Below, one piece after another: positions 31,701-53,046 of a stretch of 64,000 nucleotides of DNA. The stretch is from positions 1 through 64,000 of the forward strand of contig NIVC01001818.1 of the NCBI GenBank assembly GCA_002269645.1, written 5' to 3'. The notes under the pieces were generated by a model, which saw nothing but the letters and a program-made list of their open reading frames with translations, was not told the DNA's origin and searched no databases. The translations under genes and the position numbers were made by a program. Numbering within the stretch: position 1 is the stretch's first letter; each line of letters starts with the position of its first letter. This DNA comes from Macrostomum lignano. Its lineage: Eukaryota.

Positions 31701-34700
31701 TCATTAGAATTGCCTGATTTACTCGCATCATCTCATTTCAATTATTGGAAAACTTAATTCTGCGGTTCCCGATTGGTGTTCCTTCATGAACAGGAAATTG
31801 TTTCAGAACCTGCCATCCGCATTAAGCTGCTTTCAATTTCTGAAGCCCGTCAATTGAAACGGAAATTACTGTGCGTGATTCAAATTAACGTGACAGCGAA
31901 GCGACTTTGTAGCAACGGAGTGTAATGTAATTTTATTCGAAGGCATTAGTTTATTTATTGCGTTGCTTCTATTTTACACATATTTTCAAAGAATGAGCAG
32001 TCATGAGTCATGAGACTCATACGCTAGTGTCTAAGCACCAGTATCTGTGTGATAATATTCATTCACCAGTGTCTATGGGTGCCAATGCACCAGTGTGTAT
32101 TGGTGAAAATGCACCAGTGTGTATTGGTGATAGTGCACCAGTGTCTATGGGTGATAATGCACCAGTGTCTATGGGCGATAATGCACCAGTGTCTATGGGT
32201 GATAATGCACCAGTGTCTATGGGCGATAATGCACCAGTGTCTATGGGTGATAATGCACCAGTGTCTATGGGCGATAATGCACCAGTGTCTATGGGTGATA
32301 ATGCACCAGTGTCTTTGGGACGATAATGCACCAGTGTCTATGGGCGTTAATGCACCAGTGTCTATGGTGCCAAACTTCAATGCACCAGTGTCTATGGGCG
32401 ATACTGCACCAGTGTCTATGGGCGATACTGCACCAGTGTCTATGGGCGATACTGCACCAGTGTCTATGGGCGATACTGCACCAGTGTCTATGGGTGATAA
32501 TGCACCAGAGTCTATGGGTGCCAATGCACCAGTGTCTATGGGCGATACTGCACCAGTGTCTATGGGCGATACTGCACCAGTGTCTATGGGTGATAATGCA
32601 CCAGAGTCTATGGGTGCCAATGCACCAGTGTCTATGGGCGATAATGCACCAGTGTCTATGGGCGTTAATGCACCAGTGTCTATGGTGCCAAACTTCAATG
32701 CACCAGTGTCTGCATGTGCTAATCCAGCAGGAATGGGGAGAGCTCTAAAGCTGCTCCTAGCTAGAAGGAGATGAAGTTAGTTCTCTCTCTGGAGCAGAGC
32801 AATCATGAGAGTTCCCCAGACAGGTCTGTAATTTTCTTGTCAATGTTTCTCCTATGACTGATTTCCCCTGATGCTCCTTTCCTCTCCAAGGGAACTATCG
32901 ACAGTTTAAAATTACACGTTTGTCGTATGTAAAACAGTAAAAGTTTTTTGTAGCTTTTTCTGTGTTTTTCTGTGTTTCAACACTGCGACAACGGAGTCTA
33001 AAGATAATTGGTTCAGTCTGGCATTTTAGCGCAGGCTTGCAAGAAATTAGATGTTTGCAAGCGTTTTTCTCTCTCTCTCTCTCTTTCTGGCTGTAGCGTG
33101 TGGGATTCCGCGCACTTGGCTCATGGCGTGTGTGTGGGTGTGGGTGTGCGTTAGCATGCGAGAATTTCTGTGTGTGTGTGACTGGCCTAACAATTAGATG
33201 CTAAAATTTGGTCCGGGAGCCGGGTCAGGACAGGGGCGGATAGCGCGGATAAAATTAGTCAGTTTTAATCAATCTTTGTCAGCACTGTTAGAACTTTAAT
33301 TATCGTGTGTGCAACTACTGGCCTGACTGTCTGACTGTCTGACTGCCTGGGTGCTATTTCAGAGGAGTCAATTTTTATTTAGCTAACATGATTTTGTGTT
33401 CATTTATTATAGATTTTGATTTCCTGTAATCGTGTCATGATTATGACAGCCTGCAATTAATTTGGTATTCGTGTTACCCATGTAGAATGACGAATGAACA
33501 TATGAGATTATCTCTAGGGTGAACTTCCTGGGGAAAATTGAAGCTGGTTTACAACGTCATCAAATGAAGCCATCAGTTTGATGCATAACACAGCAAAGAC
33601 TTGAAATGTAAAGAAATGGTTCAATAAATAATCTTTCAGAGATGTCGTGAGACATGCAGAGAAGATCAGTGAGATGGAAACAGCGAAGCACAGAAGGAAA
33701 GAGATAGATGAGAGATGGAGACAAAGGAGGGATTGTGAGATAGAGAAGGGGAGAGTGAGATAGAAAAGGGCAGAGTGAGATGGAGAAAGGGAGAGGGAGA
33801 TAGAAGATGAATGAAAGAGTGGGCAGGAGAGCAGGAGAGTGGGCAGGAGAGCAGGAGAGTGAGCAGGAGAGCAGGAGAGTGGGCAGGAGAGCAGGAGAGT
33901 GGGCAGGAGAGCAGGAGAGTGAGCAGGAGAGCAGGAGAGTGGGCAGGAGAGCAGGAGAGTGGGCAGGAGAGCAGGAGAGTGAGCAGGAGAGCAGGAGAGT
34001 GGGCAGGAGAGCAGGAGAGTGGGCAGGAGAGCAGGAGAGTGGGCAGGAGAGCAGGAGAGTGGGCAGGAGAGAGTGAGAAGTATACTCAGAGGTAAAAAGT
34101 TAATGGAGCGATGGTCATTATTCAGAATTCGGAATAATCTCACCTCAAAACCGAACCAGGTGAGATTCAGCTGCGTTATATCATAAGTCCACGAGCCGAA
34201 CTCCAGATAGCAGATCTGTGTGTCAAATGGAAAGTACTGAATCTCCACTGGACAGGTGCTTTTAAACAGACTCTGCGGAATCCACAGCACGGTGCCGTCT
34301 GAGTACACCACTACTCGGGCCATCCGCTTCTCGAGCAGTCTCTCGTCTGCGAAGTTGTGCAATCTAATATCCGGAGTCCACACCTCGTATGGGAACAGTC
34401 TCACCTGGGTGATGTTCTCGAACTCGCCATTAGCTAACCAAGATTCCCAATTGAGCAGAGGATCCTTCCAAGTGTACCTCAGCCAGCAGTTCGTCCGGAG
34501 CATCTGTCGATTCTCGTCTAAATCGAGAATCTGAATGATGGCCAAACCGAACTCAATGGTGATTTGATCTGAGCTGTTGAGCACTGGTCTTCCAAGCAGG
34601 CCGAAGTCCTGATAGCGGTGCACCAGTCGCTGGATCAGAGTCTTCTCCCGGGACTTGTTGGCTGCAGCTCGGAAGCTGCTTATCTTGTCATGGTGGAAAT

Positions 34701-34709
34701 GATTGTCGC

Positions 34710-34753
<44 letters not shown>

Positions 34754-34824
34754 GAATTGATGACTAGAATTCCGAGTAGGAGAAGTGTCTGACAAACAGC
34801 TAAGGACAGGATTCTGCTGATCAT
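28796..34824 (-). CDS. Nicotinic acetylcholine receptor-family Cys-loop subunit, non-alpha, predicted anion-selective (ACC-like), about 600 aa
   Basis: Exons 34824-34144 (donor GAG|GTGAGA) and 29917-28796 (acceptor ctgcag), phase 0. Signal peptide plus polyQ14, VWTPDI, Cys-loop CPVEIQYFPFDTQIC, FGSWTYD, four TM segments, M1-M2 linker LPPESPAK, no vicinal Cys pair in loop C. Confidence 0.93.
30788..31243. repeat. Minisatellite, about 23-25-bp unit GTGTGTCTATGGGTGATGTATCCCT
   Basis: Degenerate tandem array in the nAChR intron. Confidence 0.85.
32055..32711. repeat. Minisatellite, 24-bp unit AATGCACCAGTGTCTATGGGCGAT
   Basis: About 27 tandem units in the nAChR intron. Confidence 0.95.
33813..34073. 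repeat. Minisatellite, 20-bp unit GAGTGGGCAGGAGAGCAGGA with 60-bp higher-order period
   Basis: Lines 33841, 33901 and 33961 are identical; every third unit has GAGTGAG. Preceded by GA-rich low-complexity DNA. Confidence 0.95.
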
Positions 34825-35150
34825 GTTTACACCCTCTGGGCTTTATTGACCAATTCAGAAACAATTAGCTCTAGGGGTCCTAGAGGCAGTGGTGCATCAC
34901 TATTTTATGCTGTGCTATTCTGTGCAGTTCTGTTCAAGTTTCAAGGGTATTGAAAGATGTGTTGAGAGCTCTTTGATTTCTCATACAAGCCGCATTCAGG
35001 CGCTGCTTTTTATCGGAGACCCGTTGTGGCCCGCAGCCAATCAGGTAGCTATGGCATTTGCACCGTATCAGGCTGCCATACTGCTTCCACTTTGCCTGCT
35101 TTCAACTTTTAAATGCTAATTTGGGGGTTCAGTGCAGGTTTTCTTCTTTC

Positions 35151-35990
35151 ATTCATGAGTTTATAAGTTTATGAATGAGTTCATGAGTGAGTTCATGAGT
35201 GAGTTCATGAGTGAGTTCATGAGTGAGTTGATGAGTGAGTTCATGATTGAGTTCATGAGTGAGTTCATGAGTGAGTTCATAAGTGTGTTCATGAATGAGT
35301 TGATGAGTGAGCTCATGAGTGAGTTTATGAGTCCATGAGTGACTTTATGGGTTAGTTTATGAGTTAATGAGTGAGTTAGTGAGTTCATAAGTGAGTTCAT
35401 GAGTGAGTTAGTGAGTTCATGAGTGAGTTCATGAGTGAGTTAGTGAGTTCATGAGTGAGTTCACGATTTCATAAGTGAGTTCATGAGTGAGTTTATGAGT
35501 TCATGAGTTCATGAGTGAGTTCATAAGTGAGTTCATTAGTTCATGAGTTCATAAGTGAGTTCATGATTTCATAAGTGAGTTTGTGATTTCATAAGTGAGT
35601 TCATGATTTCATAAGTGAGTTCATGGTTTCATTAGTGAGTTTATGATTTCATAAGTGAGTTTATGAGTGAGTTGATAAGTGAGTTCATGAGTTCATGCGT
35701 GAGTTCATGATTTCATGAGTGAGTTCATGAGTTCATGAGTGAGTTCATGAGTTCATGAGTGAGTTCATGAGTGAGTTCACGAGTTCATGAGTGAGTTCAT
35801 GAGTTCATGAGTGAGTTCATGAGTGAGTTCATGAGTTCATGAGTGAGTTCATGGGTTCATGAATGAGTTCATGAGGTCATGAGTGAGTTCATAAGTTCAT
35901 GAGTGAGTCATGAGTTCATAAGTGAGTTCACGAGTGAGTTCATAAGTGAGTTCATGAGTTCATATGTGAGCTCACGAGTGAGCTGAAGAG
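35151..35990. repeat. Satellite of mixed 8/12-bp units (GAGTTCAT / GAGTGAGTTCAT)
   Basis: Tandem degenerate array starting about 330 bp upstream of the nAChR ATG. Confidence 0.9.
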
Positions 35991-37123
35991 TGAGTTCCTT
36001 TGTGAATGAAGGGCAGTCAGAGCTAAGAGAAAAATGTATAAACATTTTTTCAATTCGAATTCCATCAATTGCAACAAATTGTAACAATTTTCAAAGCCCG
36101 TGAAAACATATCCATTATCTGTATAGATTGTAACTATGCACATTGCATAGTTGAGCTAAGTGGCAGCCGCTAACTGGGCTAGCACGAGGTACTTTCAGTC
36201 AAATTAAATAGCAAATTCAGTTTTAATAGGCGAAATTTAATATAAAATTTCCATTAGCAACTTGAGCGAATCTCAGATTTATTTTGCGAATGATGGCAAG
36301 CAACATGATGACAGTTTAAGCCAACTGCAAGAGCTCTACAGAACTGAATGAAACGTAACTTGTCGCTTACTTGTCGAACTCACAATTGGGATAAATCAAT
36401 TTTATCCGGATGTGTCCCTGTTTCTTTCAAAAATGACTTTGTTGAATCTTTAAGTCCAGTTTTGTTTAAACAGATTGCATACTTTGTGTTTCTATATATT
36501 GGTTTATTTGTCAGGCAGAAATGGGTTTATAGAACGACTGCATGGATACTGTTCACACTACTAACTAGAAGCTACTTATAGTAGCGATTAGAGGAGTGGA
36601 GAGATTAAGAAAAACATTAGCTAAAAAAATTTGAACAGATTTGAACTGGGATCGCGAACATTTGATTGCAACTGCAACTGCTCGGGGCGAGTGGCAGCTG
36701 AACTTACAAAGAGAAAATGCAAAATGCTCGCCCTTGAAATTAAACAATGTTTGGAGGTTTGGCTCAGCCAGCAAAACAAAAATTTATTGGAATGCTGTGA
36801 GTTTTATTGCAAATTTGAGTCGCCACACGGATAGAGGAGCTGCAGCAGTGTGGAATGTTTCATTAGAAAATTAATCGCTACAAACAGAGGTCATTTACTT
36901 AGCTAAGTGTATTAAAGCAGATACAAAAGACAAAGTAAAGTCTGTACAGGTTTGCATTGAGTGAACGATTACTAGAGTTTATAGCAGCAGATATTCGACA
37001 ATAAAAAGTGTCTATGAGATCTCGAAAATGAGTACGAGTGTACTTGAATTGGAATATGCTTCTGACGACGCAATGGCTGTTTTTACCAACTAAATATAGA
37101 AAGAAATATATACCTCCCAATAT

Positions 37124-39724
37124 CCCAGTGAAAAATGATTTATGGATTCCACGTGGGTTCCACGTGGCCATGTGGAATTTAAATGTTTCTTTAATTTTTG
37201 CAAATTAATGACTTAAAGATGACATAATGGTATGCAAAGTATTTTTTATGCATTATTTTTTTATTTTTACTGTCCTAATGTTGATGTGGATTTTACAAGG
37301 AATTCAAGAGAAATAAGCGTATATTGATTCAACATGGAATCCACTTCGATAAAAAACTGTGATACACCACATTCAGACGTTTTTATGAAATTACTATAAT
37401 AAATTATTATATTTATATGCTTTTAAGTAAAAATTAATATCTTAAAGCTAAATTATAATCAGAAAGTATAATCAGACAATAAGACACTGTTTGTTAAAAT
37501 AGACAAAATAGAAGTAAACAATAAAAAACGTTTCGTGCTTTTTAAAATGAAATTAATTTTATTTTATATTCGTCAATGTCTTGGTTCAAGGCCTTGAAAC
37601 ATAAATTGCCTTGTTTATGGCTATTTAAGCACCTTAAAAATTTTAGTAGACCTAGCCTATAGGCAATAACTTATAAGGCCATGGCCTCCATGGGATTAGA
37701 AATTAGATAAATCAGTATTTTATCATAGATAGGCCTAATACTTTTGGTAAAATCCATGATAAATTTATTTAGGCTTATCCAATTTCTAGGAATCCCATGG
37801 CCATGTCCATAGATTGTCTACTCATTTTTTAACTTGAATAGGCCTTTAGAAGTTCATAATTTCCTCTTAGTCCTACCTATCTATTTATATGTATGCTCAT
37901 TAGGCCTATTTTAAGCTAGGCCTATAACTATCAATTTAGCCTAAAATTTAGGTCCTTCTATTTTAATTAAGGTTAGGACTAGCTTGACTTTGTGAATTGT
38001 GACTAGTCAATCTAGTTAATCTGTTAAAAATCTATTAATTTATGATTTTCTTCAAAAAAGCCTATTAGCATCTTTTGGACTTGTTGCATTTTTTAAAAAC
38101 AATTTTTCTCTAATCAATTGCATACAAACAAGCAAGATTTTCATTTTTAGTATATGGATATTATTAATTATAATAAATAATTCTTTGCAATTACACTTGC
38201 AACTTGCTTTTGGCATAGCTAGCCTAGCAGACCCCTAAGGTTGCTATTATAAATAAGTATTAAATTATTGTAAATTTGATCTGATTTAGGCCAAGACCAG
38301 AATTTAATAGCCATAGGGCATAGCTATTTAGGCTTAGGCCGCTTAGGCCTAATGTTTAATCATACTAGGCTAGCAAATATAAAAAACATGCATTGCTTTG
38401 CCTAAATACTTTATAGTCTAAAATCAATTTTAAAATAAAAAATTAAATTTATAGAAACATTTATTAATTCTTTTTGTACTTATTATTTTATTGGTAATTT
38501 TATTGATTGACTTAGGTAGAGTTTTCTTTTTTGCTAGAGACAAGGTGCAAAATCATACCCTATGCTTACTTTCAGGGTTTTATAATTTTAAGGCTTAGAA
38601 TGCAGTTTCTCTTTTTTCTTATATGAAGGCAGTGCAAAAAAGGCTTCAACAAAAAAATAGGTAATGAGATCACGCCTAAACTGTATCCACTTTTTATTTT
38701 CAATTTTCAAGGTGGGATTTTAAAATTTAGGGTGCATATGCATACTTTGCGCATAAAAAATAAACCTAGGACTTAGGCCTAGTTAATTTTAAAATAAACT
38801 TTTTTTATAAGTATTCATCAATAAATTAGTTTTATGAATTATATCAATATTATTTATCAATCCTAATTGGCAACAATTATTTTTCTATTTTATTTCAGCC
38901 TAACATTACATGGCCCATCCTCAAACTTGGATGTCACCTTGGTCTTGCATTTGAAGAAGCTTGCAAAGCTACTTGGAATTTGAATTTAATATCTCAAATG
39001 CTACCTTTTGTGAAGCAATGGTAAGTTTTAGTTATAAACTGATTTTTTTCTGTCATCAAAATCTATCAAAATCTATTATAAAATCTGTCATCAATCTGTT
39101 ATAAAATTCTGTAATTTAAACCCTTTCTTTTCTAAGGTTGCTCACCTGACCTAAAGAAGCAGCATTCTGGCAATTGGCAGCAGCATGTTTTTGACTGTTC
39201 TAATTCTGATACATTATATTATTGTTAATTAATTAATGCTATTGACAATGTCAATTTCAAATTATATATTATATCATATGCGCAGTGCAACTCTAAAGAT
39301 ATCAATATTTACATCAGTGTGTTTATTCTTTGTGTGCCAATGACTCACTACTGTACATAAATACACCTTACATCGTTTTTAAATATTGAATTTTGAATTT
39401 TTGTGCAGAAATATTTTTGGCTATAGCTAGTGTTTTATCTGTGTTTCAGTTTCTTTTATATGGTATTGAGATCTGGGGTTCGTATGAAATTTTGAGATCT
39501 GGTATTATTTTGAGATTTAGGATGCAACAATTTATTATGGCAACCAGTATAATGGCTGCTTACTCAATGACAATGTGGATTCTATGTGAAATACATAATT
39601 ACTTCCATATGGATCTTCCATGTGGAATCCATATCTTGATTCCACATGGATGGACGGAGACAAATGCACATATGGATTTCATATGAAAAATCCACATGGA
39701 ATCCATATCATTTTTTTCACTGGG
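37124..39724. mobile_element. Non-autonomous EnSpm/CACTA-like (CMC) DNA transposon, 2.6 kb
   Basis: Imperfect 33-bp TIRs CCCAGTGAAAAA...ATGGATTCCAYGTGG, 2-bp TSD AT (37122-37123, 39725-39726), repeated CCAYRTGG subterminal palindromes at both ends, AT-rich interior without a long ORF. Confidence 0.7.
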
Positions 39725-39914
39725 ATCCCTACTATACTACTGACGTATTTTCCAGTAAGTAGTGTCTACGCGTTTTTTAAATATGATTACGATTAGTTAG
39801 GCCGAGACCAGATTTTTGCCCATGTGTTCGTAAAGCATTGAAGCTAACTGCTGGTTTTAAGAGTGCAGTGACAGAAGAGTGCATGTACAGAAGGCTAGTC
39901 AATGAAACTGGTCT

Positions 39915-48436
<8,522 letters not shown>

Positions 48437-51400
48437 TCTAAACGATATTAAAATAAACACGACTCTATTTTGGGCTCTATTATAGCAATTATAGAAGCCT
48501 TGATGACGGCTGCCACTCTGCCTGAGTCGCGAGAGTATTCCAGCAAATCTGCTTCAGCCTTCAAACTTAGTCGGCCTGGGGTTCCAGATTCTATACATAC
48601 AAGACAGGAAATAGAAGGCAAACAGTGAAGTTATTACGCAACCGTGTACGGGCGAGGACCCTTCGAACCGTGTCCAATATACTGAAGCAGAACCGAGTCT
48701 GTGATGAATAAACTTTGTTCTTATTCGCTCCAGGTAACGACAGCTTCTAGACCGTCCTCACCTAGCCAGGTCTTCACTCCCTTGTTAAATTGCAGTCTTC
48801 TTCTTTTGCGTAGCCTTTTATGCTCTGTTCAGGTATATTATATAGGTATTGAGCTGGCGCACACACTGCGTATTTAGTAGGTGCTGTGTTGAAAGGCCTC
48901 TGTCCCGTCAGTGTACAGTGCTGCCGCTTTGCGCTGAGGTGGGCCCGCACTCTCGAGAGTGAGGGGGGGGGGGGTTGAAGTTGCAGAAGCAGCAAGCCAA
49001 TTTTTATCCTTACTTTTTCTTTAGTAAGCTAAAGCTGTTGGCAGTCAGTCAGAAAGTCTGTCTGTAGCAATGCATTGGCCTAACAACAAAATTTTTAAGT
49101 TTAATAGATAATTATGAGCTTGCGAAACCTCACTTACTAAGCCTAGGTGGTAACGCAGTCTCACGCGCAAGGAAACTATTAGAAGCCAGTTGTTATAATA
49201 TCGCTCTCTTAAAGCTCTTTCTCTCCGACAGACTATAGCTCACCACTGAATGTGTGTCGCTATTGCGAGAGGACACTGTTCACTGGTTGGATTGCGGCCT
49301 TCCAATCCCCTGTGCTCTGCTCTCTCGTATACGCTTTCATTCTAGAGTTTCTTTGCCAACACTCTAACCCCCGTTCATTCTCTCCCCCCTCCCTCCCGTC
49401 TACGTTCCCCTCTCTTTGGGGGGAAGAGTCTTCTATTGTTTTTTCCAGTGCGTACACTGGGAGTTGAAATGTCTAAACGCCCGTTTGTGTACACGCCGAG
49501 TCTTGATGAGTAGACGACAGCGAACGGGAGGGGAAGAGAGGTGAAAAGGGTGAGAGGGAGAGAGAAAGAGCAGGTGGGGAAGAGGATTCCCAGTTTTTTG
49601 GGGGGAGCAGAGCAAAGACGAGAGGGAACGAGGGGCGTTTCCTATGGCCTGACCATAGCCAACACTGCTGCTCCTGTCCGCCTGTCGTCTGTCTGAGCTC
49701 CAGCCCAGCCTAATTTCAATCTTCTTCAGTTCTTTTCCTCTCTCGTCTCTCCACTCCATGGCTTTATTATTCTCGCCGTCGATATCCATGGTGGCAATAC
49801 CTGGCTAGCCAAGGTATAGAGAGACGCCCTATATACACCTGTGTACGCCTAGCAGGGAGAAAGAAATTGGAGATCGGGACGTGCTTTGAGGAAGACAGAG
49901 CGGGAAATGAAGGGGGTTGTATTAGGAAAAGCGCTTAGGTCGAGGCAGAGGACGTACGATTGAGAATACATGTACGCGCGTACAGGATTGTCTGCACATA
50001 CGCGCGTTATGGTGGGATGGGGATGCTGAGACTGGGATGACCTGTCCCTGTGGAGAGTTTTAGAAAGAGTTTTGTAGAGCCGCGTGTGATGATGCATTCT
50101 GTACAGCTGTTGCAGGATGACTATAATTGATGCCATTAGCCATATAGGTGAGTAAAGTGAGTTTTGAGCAAGGTGAATTTAATATTCCGTCTGCATTATT
50201 GTTTCTTTGAACAAATTCAGAAGCGTACAAAATTTGCGCAATTTCTTTATGAAAATAAAACTACACCATCGGCCAATATACAGCTGTAGGCCTTGGAGTT
50301 TCGGGAGATGAAGTTAATACAAGCCGTATTTGTATCAAAAACTGTCTGAAATCAAAATCGAAATGTGGGCAAACAGCTTTCTTTTTCTGCGGTGCGATGC
50401 AGAGTGCGCAATCAATGCTTCTTGCTGAATAAGGTGCTTTAATTAAAAAAAGCAAAAAATAAAGTAGTCTTTCTTTAATAGTAAGATAGGGTCGCGCTGC
50501 ACAGATTGCATGGGTGATCGAAAACAAATTATAGTGAGAAAAAGCGATCGATTTTAAATTTTCGAGACTTCACATCGTCCAGAATATTAAGTTGTGATGA
50601 CTCATTGATGACTCATACCTTACAACCCCACTTCTTTTAATCCCCAATTCCGACCTTTCTTTATTTTTCAGCAAAAAAATCAATGCGTATAACACAATGC
50701 GTAACAATTTTAACCCCATTTGCATCTCTGTAAGTTGTAAGCTTCTTAATTGTCTCGTGACTTGTTGCGCAACCCCATATTTTTCTAGCCAATCAGAGAG
50801 TCTGAAAGGCTGGAGTGTTTTGAATCAAAATTTTGAGCCCTTCTGGTATAGGTTGGCTGGTCGATTATTTAATTTTTATAATTATCTGCCGACAGATAAA
50901 TACCGGCGGGAGATCGAGAATAGCCGCAGGCTAGTAGTTACAAGTACATGTAAAGTGCATGAGTTTTGCAAGCAAGGTAAATGTATACACACGTGTATAT
51001 ACGTTGGGGCTGTTTGTTTGAGCTTCTCCGTCACTATAGCAGGCCTCTGCAGTGACGTCGTCACTTAATTTCGGTTCCTTGCATGTACATGTAGATCAAA
51101 GGCTAGCTGCGCGGTTGTTTACAAAGCATATCTTGACTCTTAATTACATGTAAGCGATTAACTAGAACCGCTGTCCTCATCACAGTGTTACATTTTATTT
51201 AATTGTCCTTCAGATTACCACGATTAAGTTCTCTGAATAAAATTTGGACCATTTTACTTTTGGCTTTCTGCAGTAACGATGGAGTTGCCATGCAATCAAT
51301 GGTCCAAATGCCTGTACATGTATAGTGCTAATAAAACTACTTACTTCCGGGGTATTAAAAGGCACACTCCAAAGGCTGTAAAGTCGATGGAAAGTGTCGA

Positions 51401-52203
51401 CGAAGTGCTTAGCAGAGATTACTGCAAGGGGCGGGTTCTCTCTGATGGAGATTTCAAGAATTGCGCGCACCCGGGGTTTTCCAAGGACGAACAGAAGAAC
51501 GGAAAAGGCTCAGGATCTTATTTTAGGAAGAGGGAAGTAGAAATAGTCCTCAATTGTGTGCTTATTTTGTGCAAGACAAAGACAAAACGACTTGTCTACC
51601 TAAAAACACAAATTTTCAGCATAAAGAACATAAATTTTAGATGTTTCACTAAATATAAAATGAAAAGTAAACTGCATGCATGCATTTTACACTTACTTAA
51701 CGGCAAAAGCTAAATTTGTTATAAATAATTTCCAAATTTCCGGCTTGACCATTCTATACAAGTGTAAAATTTAAACGCGACATTTAATTACATTTTTTCT
51801 CCTTATTTGTCCTAACACAGTATAGTATTGCTGACAGGCGGACGTGCATTGAAACCAATTAAACAGTTCGCTGTCACTCCTTTCGCGAACATTCGGAACA
51901 TCCAATCAGGCTTCCACTCTTGTTAAAATTAAAATATACTATTGTAATCGTTCACTTAACAGTTAACTCGCTCGGTAGGCCTAGGCCCACTAAGTCTAAA
52001 CTAACATCCTATTCCGAAACTATGACTAGGCCTATTATTTAGGGCGTAGTTTTTCTATAGCAATGTGTAGTTTTTTGTCGGTGTTTACTTGTTAAAATCT
52101 AGTTTATGTCAATTGGACAAAATTGATTAATTAAGGCCATATTTATGTCTCATAGGGGGCCTATTCATATTGTACTTTGCAAGTTTTGCTTTGTTCAACT
52201 TTT

Positions 52204-52318
52204 GGCAATCCTGAAGATTCCCGCGTTTAATTATAACCCCACCCCCCCCCCACCACCCTTGAATAGAGGGCGAAATAATTCTGTAAAATAATTAAATGTG
52301 GGAATCTTCAGGATTGCC
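52204..52318. mobile_element. Tiny MITE with 8-bp TSD (Merlin- or hAT-like)
   Basis: Perfect 19-bp TIR GGCAATCCTGAAGATTCCC; perfect TSD CAACTTTT (52196-52203, 52319-52326); the GG terminus fits Merlin. Confidence 0.7.
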
Positions 52319-52560
52319 CAACTTTTTGGTGTATATTTCTATTGTTATGATACTTAACCTAAGTTTTATTGTTCTATTTTTTAAATTATGTTCAAGCATA
52401 AAAGTAAAACCTCTAGCCAAGGTATAAACTGCATCAAATGCCCCTTTTTCCTAAAGACTAGGCCTACATAATACCAGGCCCAGAGTGCCATGCCACTATG
52501 TAGTTTTTTTCACTAAATTATTTTTTATTGAAGTTTGCTCAACTAAAAAAAATAATTTTT

Positions 52561-52950
52561 TGAAGAGCTTGCATGCACGGCAGCCATTCACGTAAGCTCA
52601 GAATTGCGTGCATGGCGGCTATCTACCTAGTGCTTTATTTGCATGTATGCAGCCATACACCTAGTGTTGTAATTGCGTGCACGGCAGCCGGCAATTGGCC
52701 AGGACTGGGGCCCTTAAATCCACGCATTGGCATTGGCAAACCTAATTAATATTTTTACTATATTGTTTTATAATGTTTTATCCCCCGTACACCATGGACT
52801 GCAAATGTAATCTTAATTCATTGTTTTTTTGTTAACTTGAATATTAATTCGAATAGTATATGACTTACTGTATAAGCCTATAAGATATAGCTCTGCCGTG
52901 CACGCAATTCTGAGCTTGCGTGAACGGCGGCCGTGCACGCAAGCTCTTCG
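52561..52950. mobile_element. Mutator-like MITE, copy 1
   Basis: TIR (C/T)GAAGAGCTTGCRTGCACGGC..., 9-bp TSD ATAATTTTT / TTAATTTTT (8/9 match). Confidence 0.8.
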
Positions 52951-53046
52951 TTAATTTTTTTCTTACTCCTGGGAGTACAAAAATTGTAACATATAAAACA
53001 TTTGTTGGTTTGTTTATAACACTTAATATAGGGGCCTAATTATAAA

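Noticed and set aside
32003-32774. ORFs with MGDNAPVS / MHQCLW repeats
   Set aside because: Translation of a 24-bp intronic minisatellite; open in several frames because the unit length is a multiple of 3.
33514-34143. C-terminal 209 codons of the 436-aa ORF 33514-34824 (-)
   Set aside because: Read-through into the intron and the 20-bp minisatellite. A canonical donor at 34143 splices in phase to exon 29917, which supplies the missing TM domains.
51279-51713. 144-aa ORF, considered as a transposase fragment
   Set aside because: No DDE or zinc-finger motif recognisable; the 3' half runs into AT-rich sequence. Would need tBLASTn.
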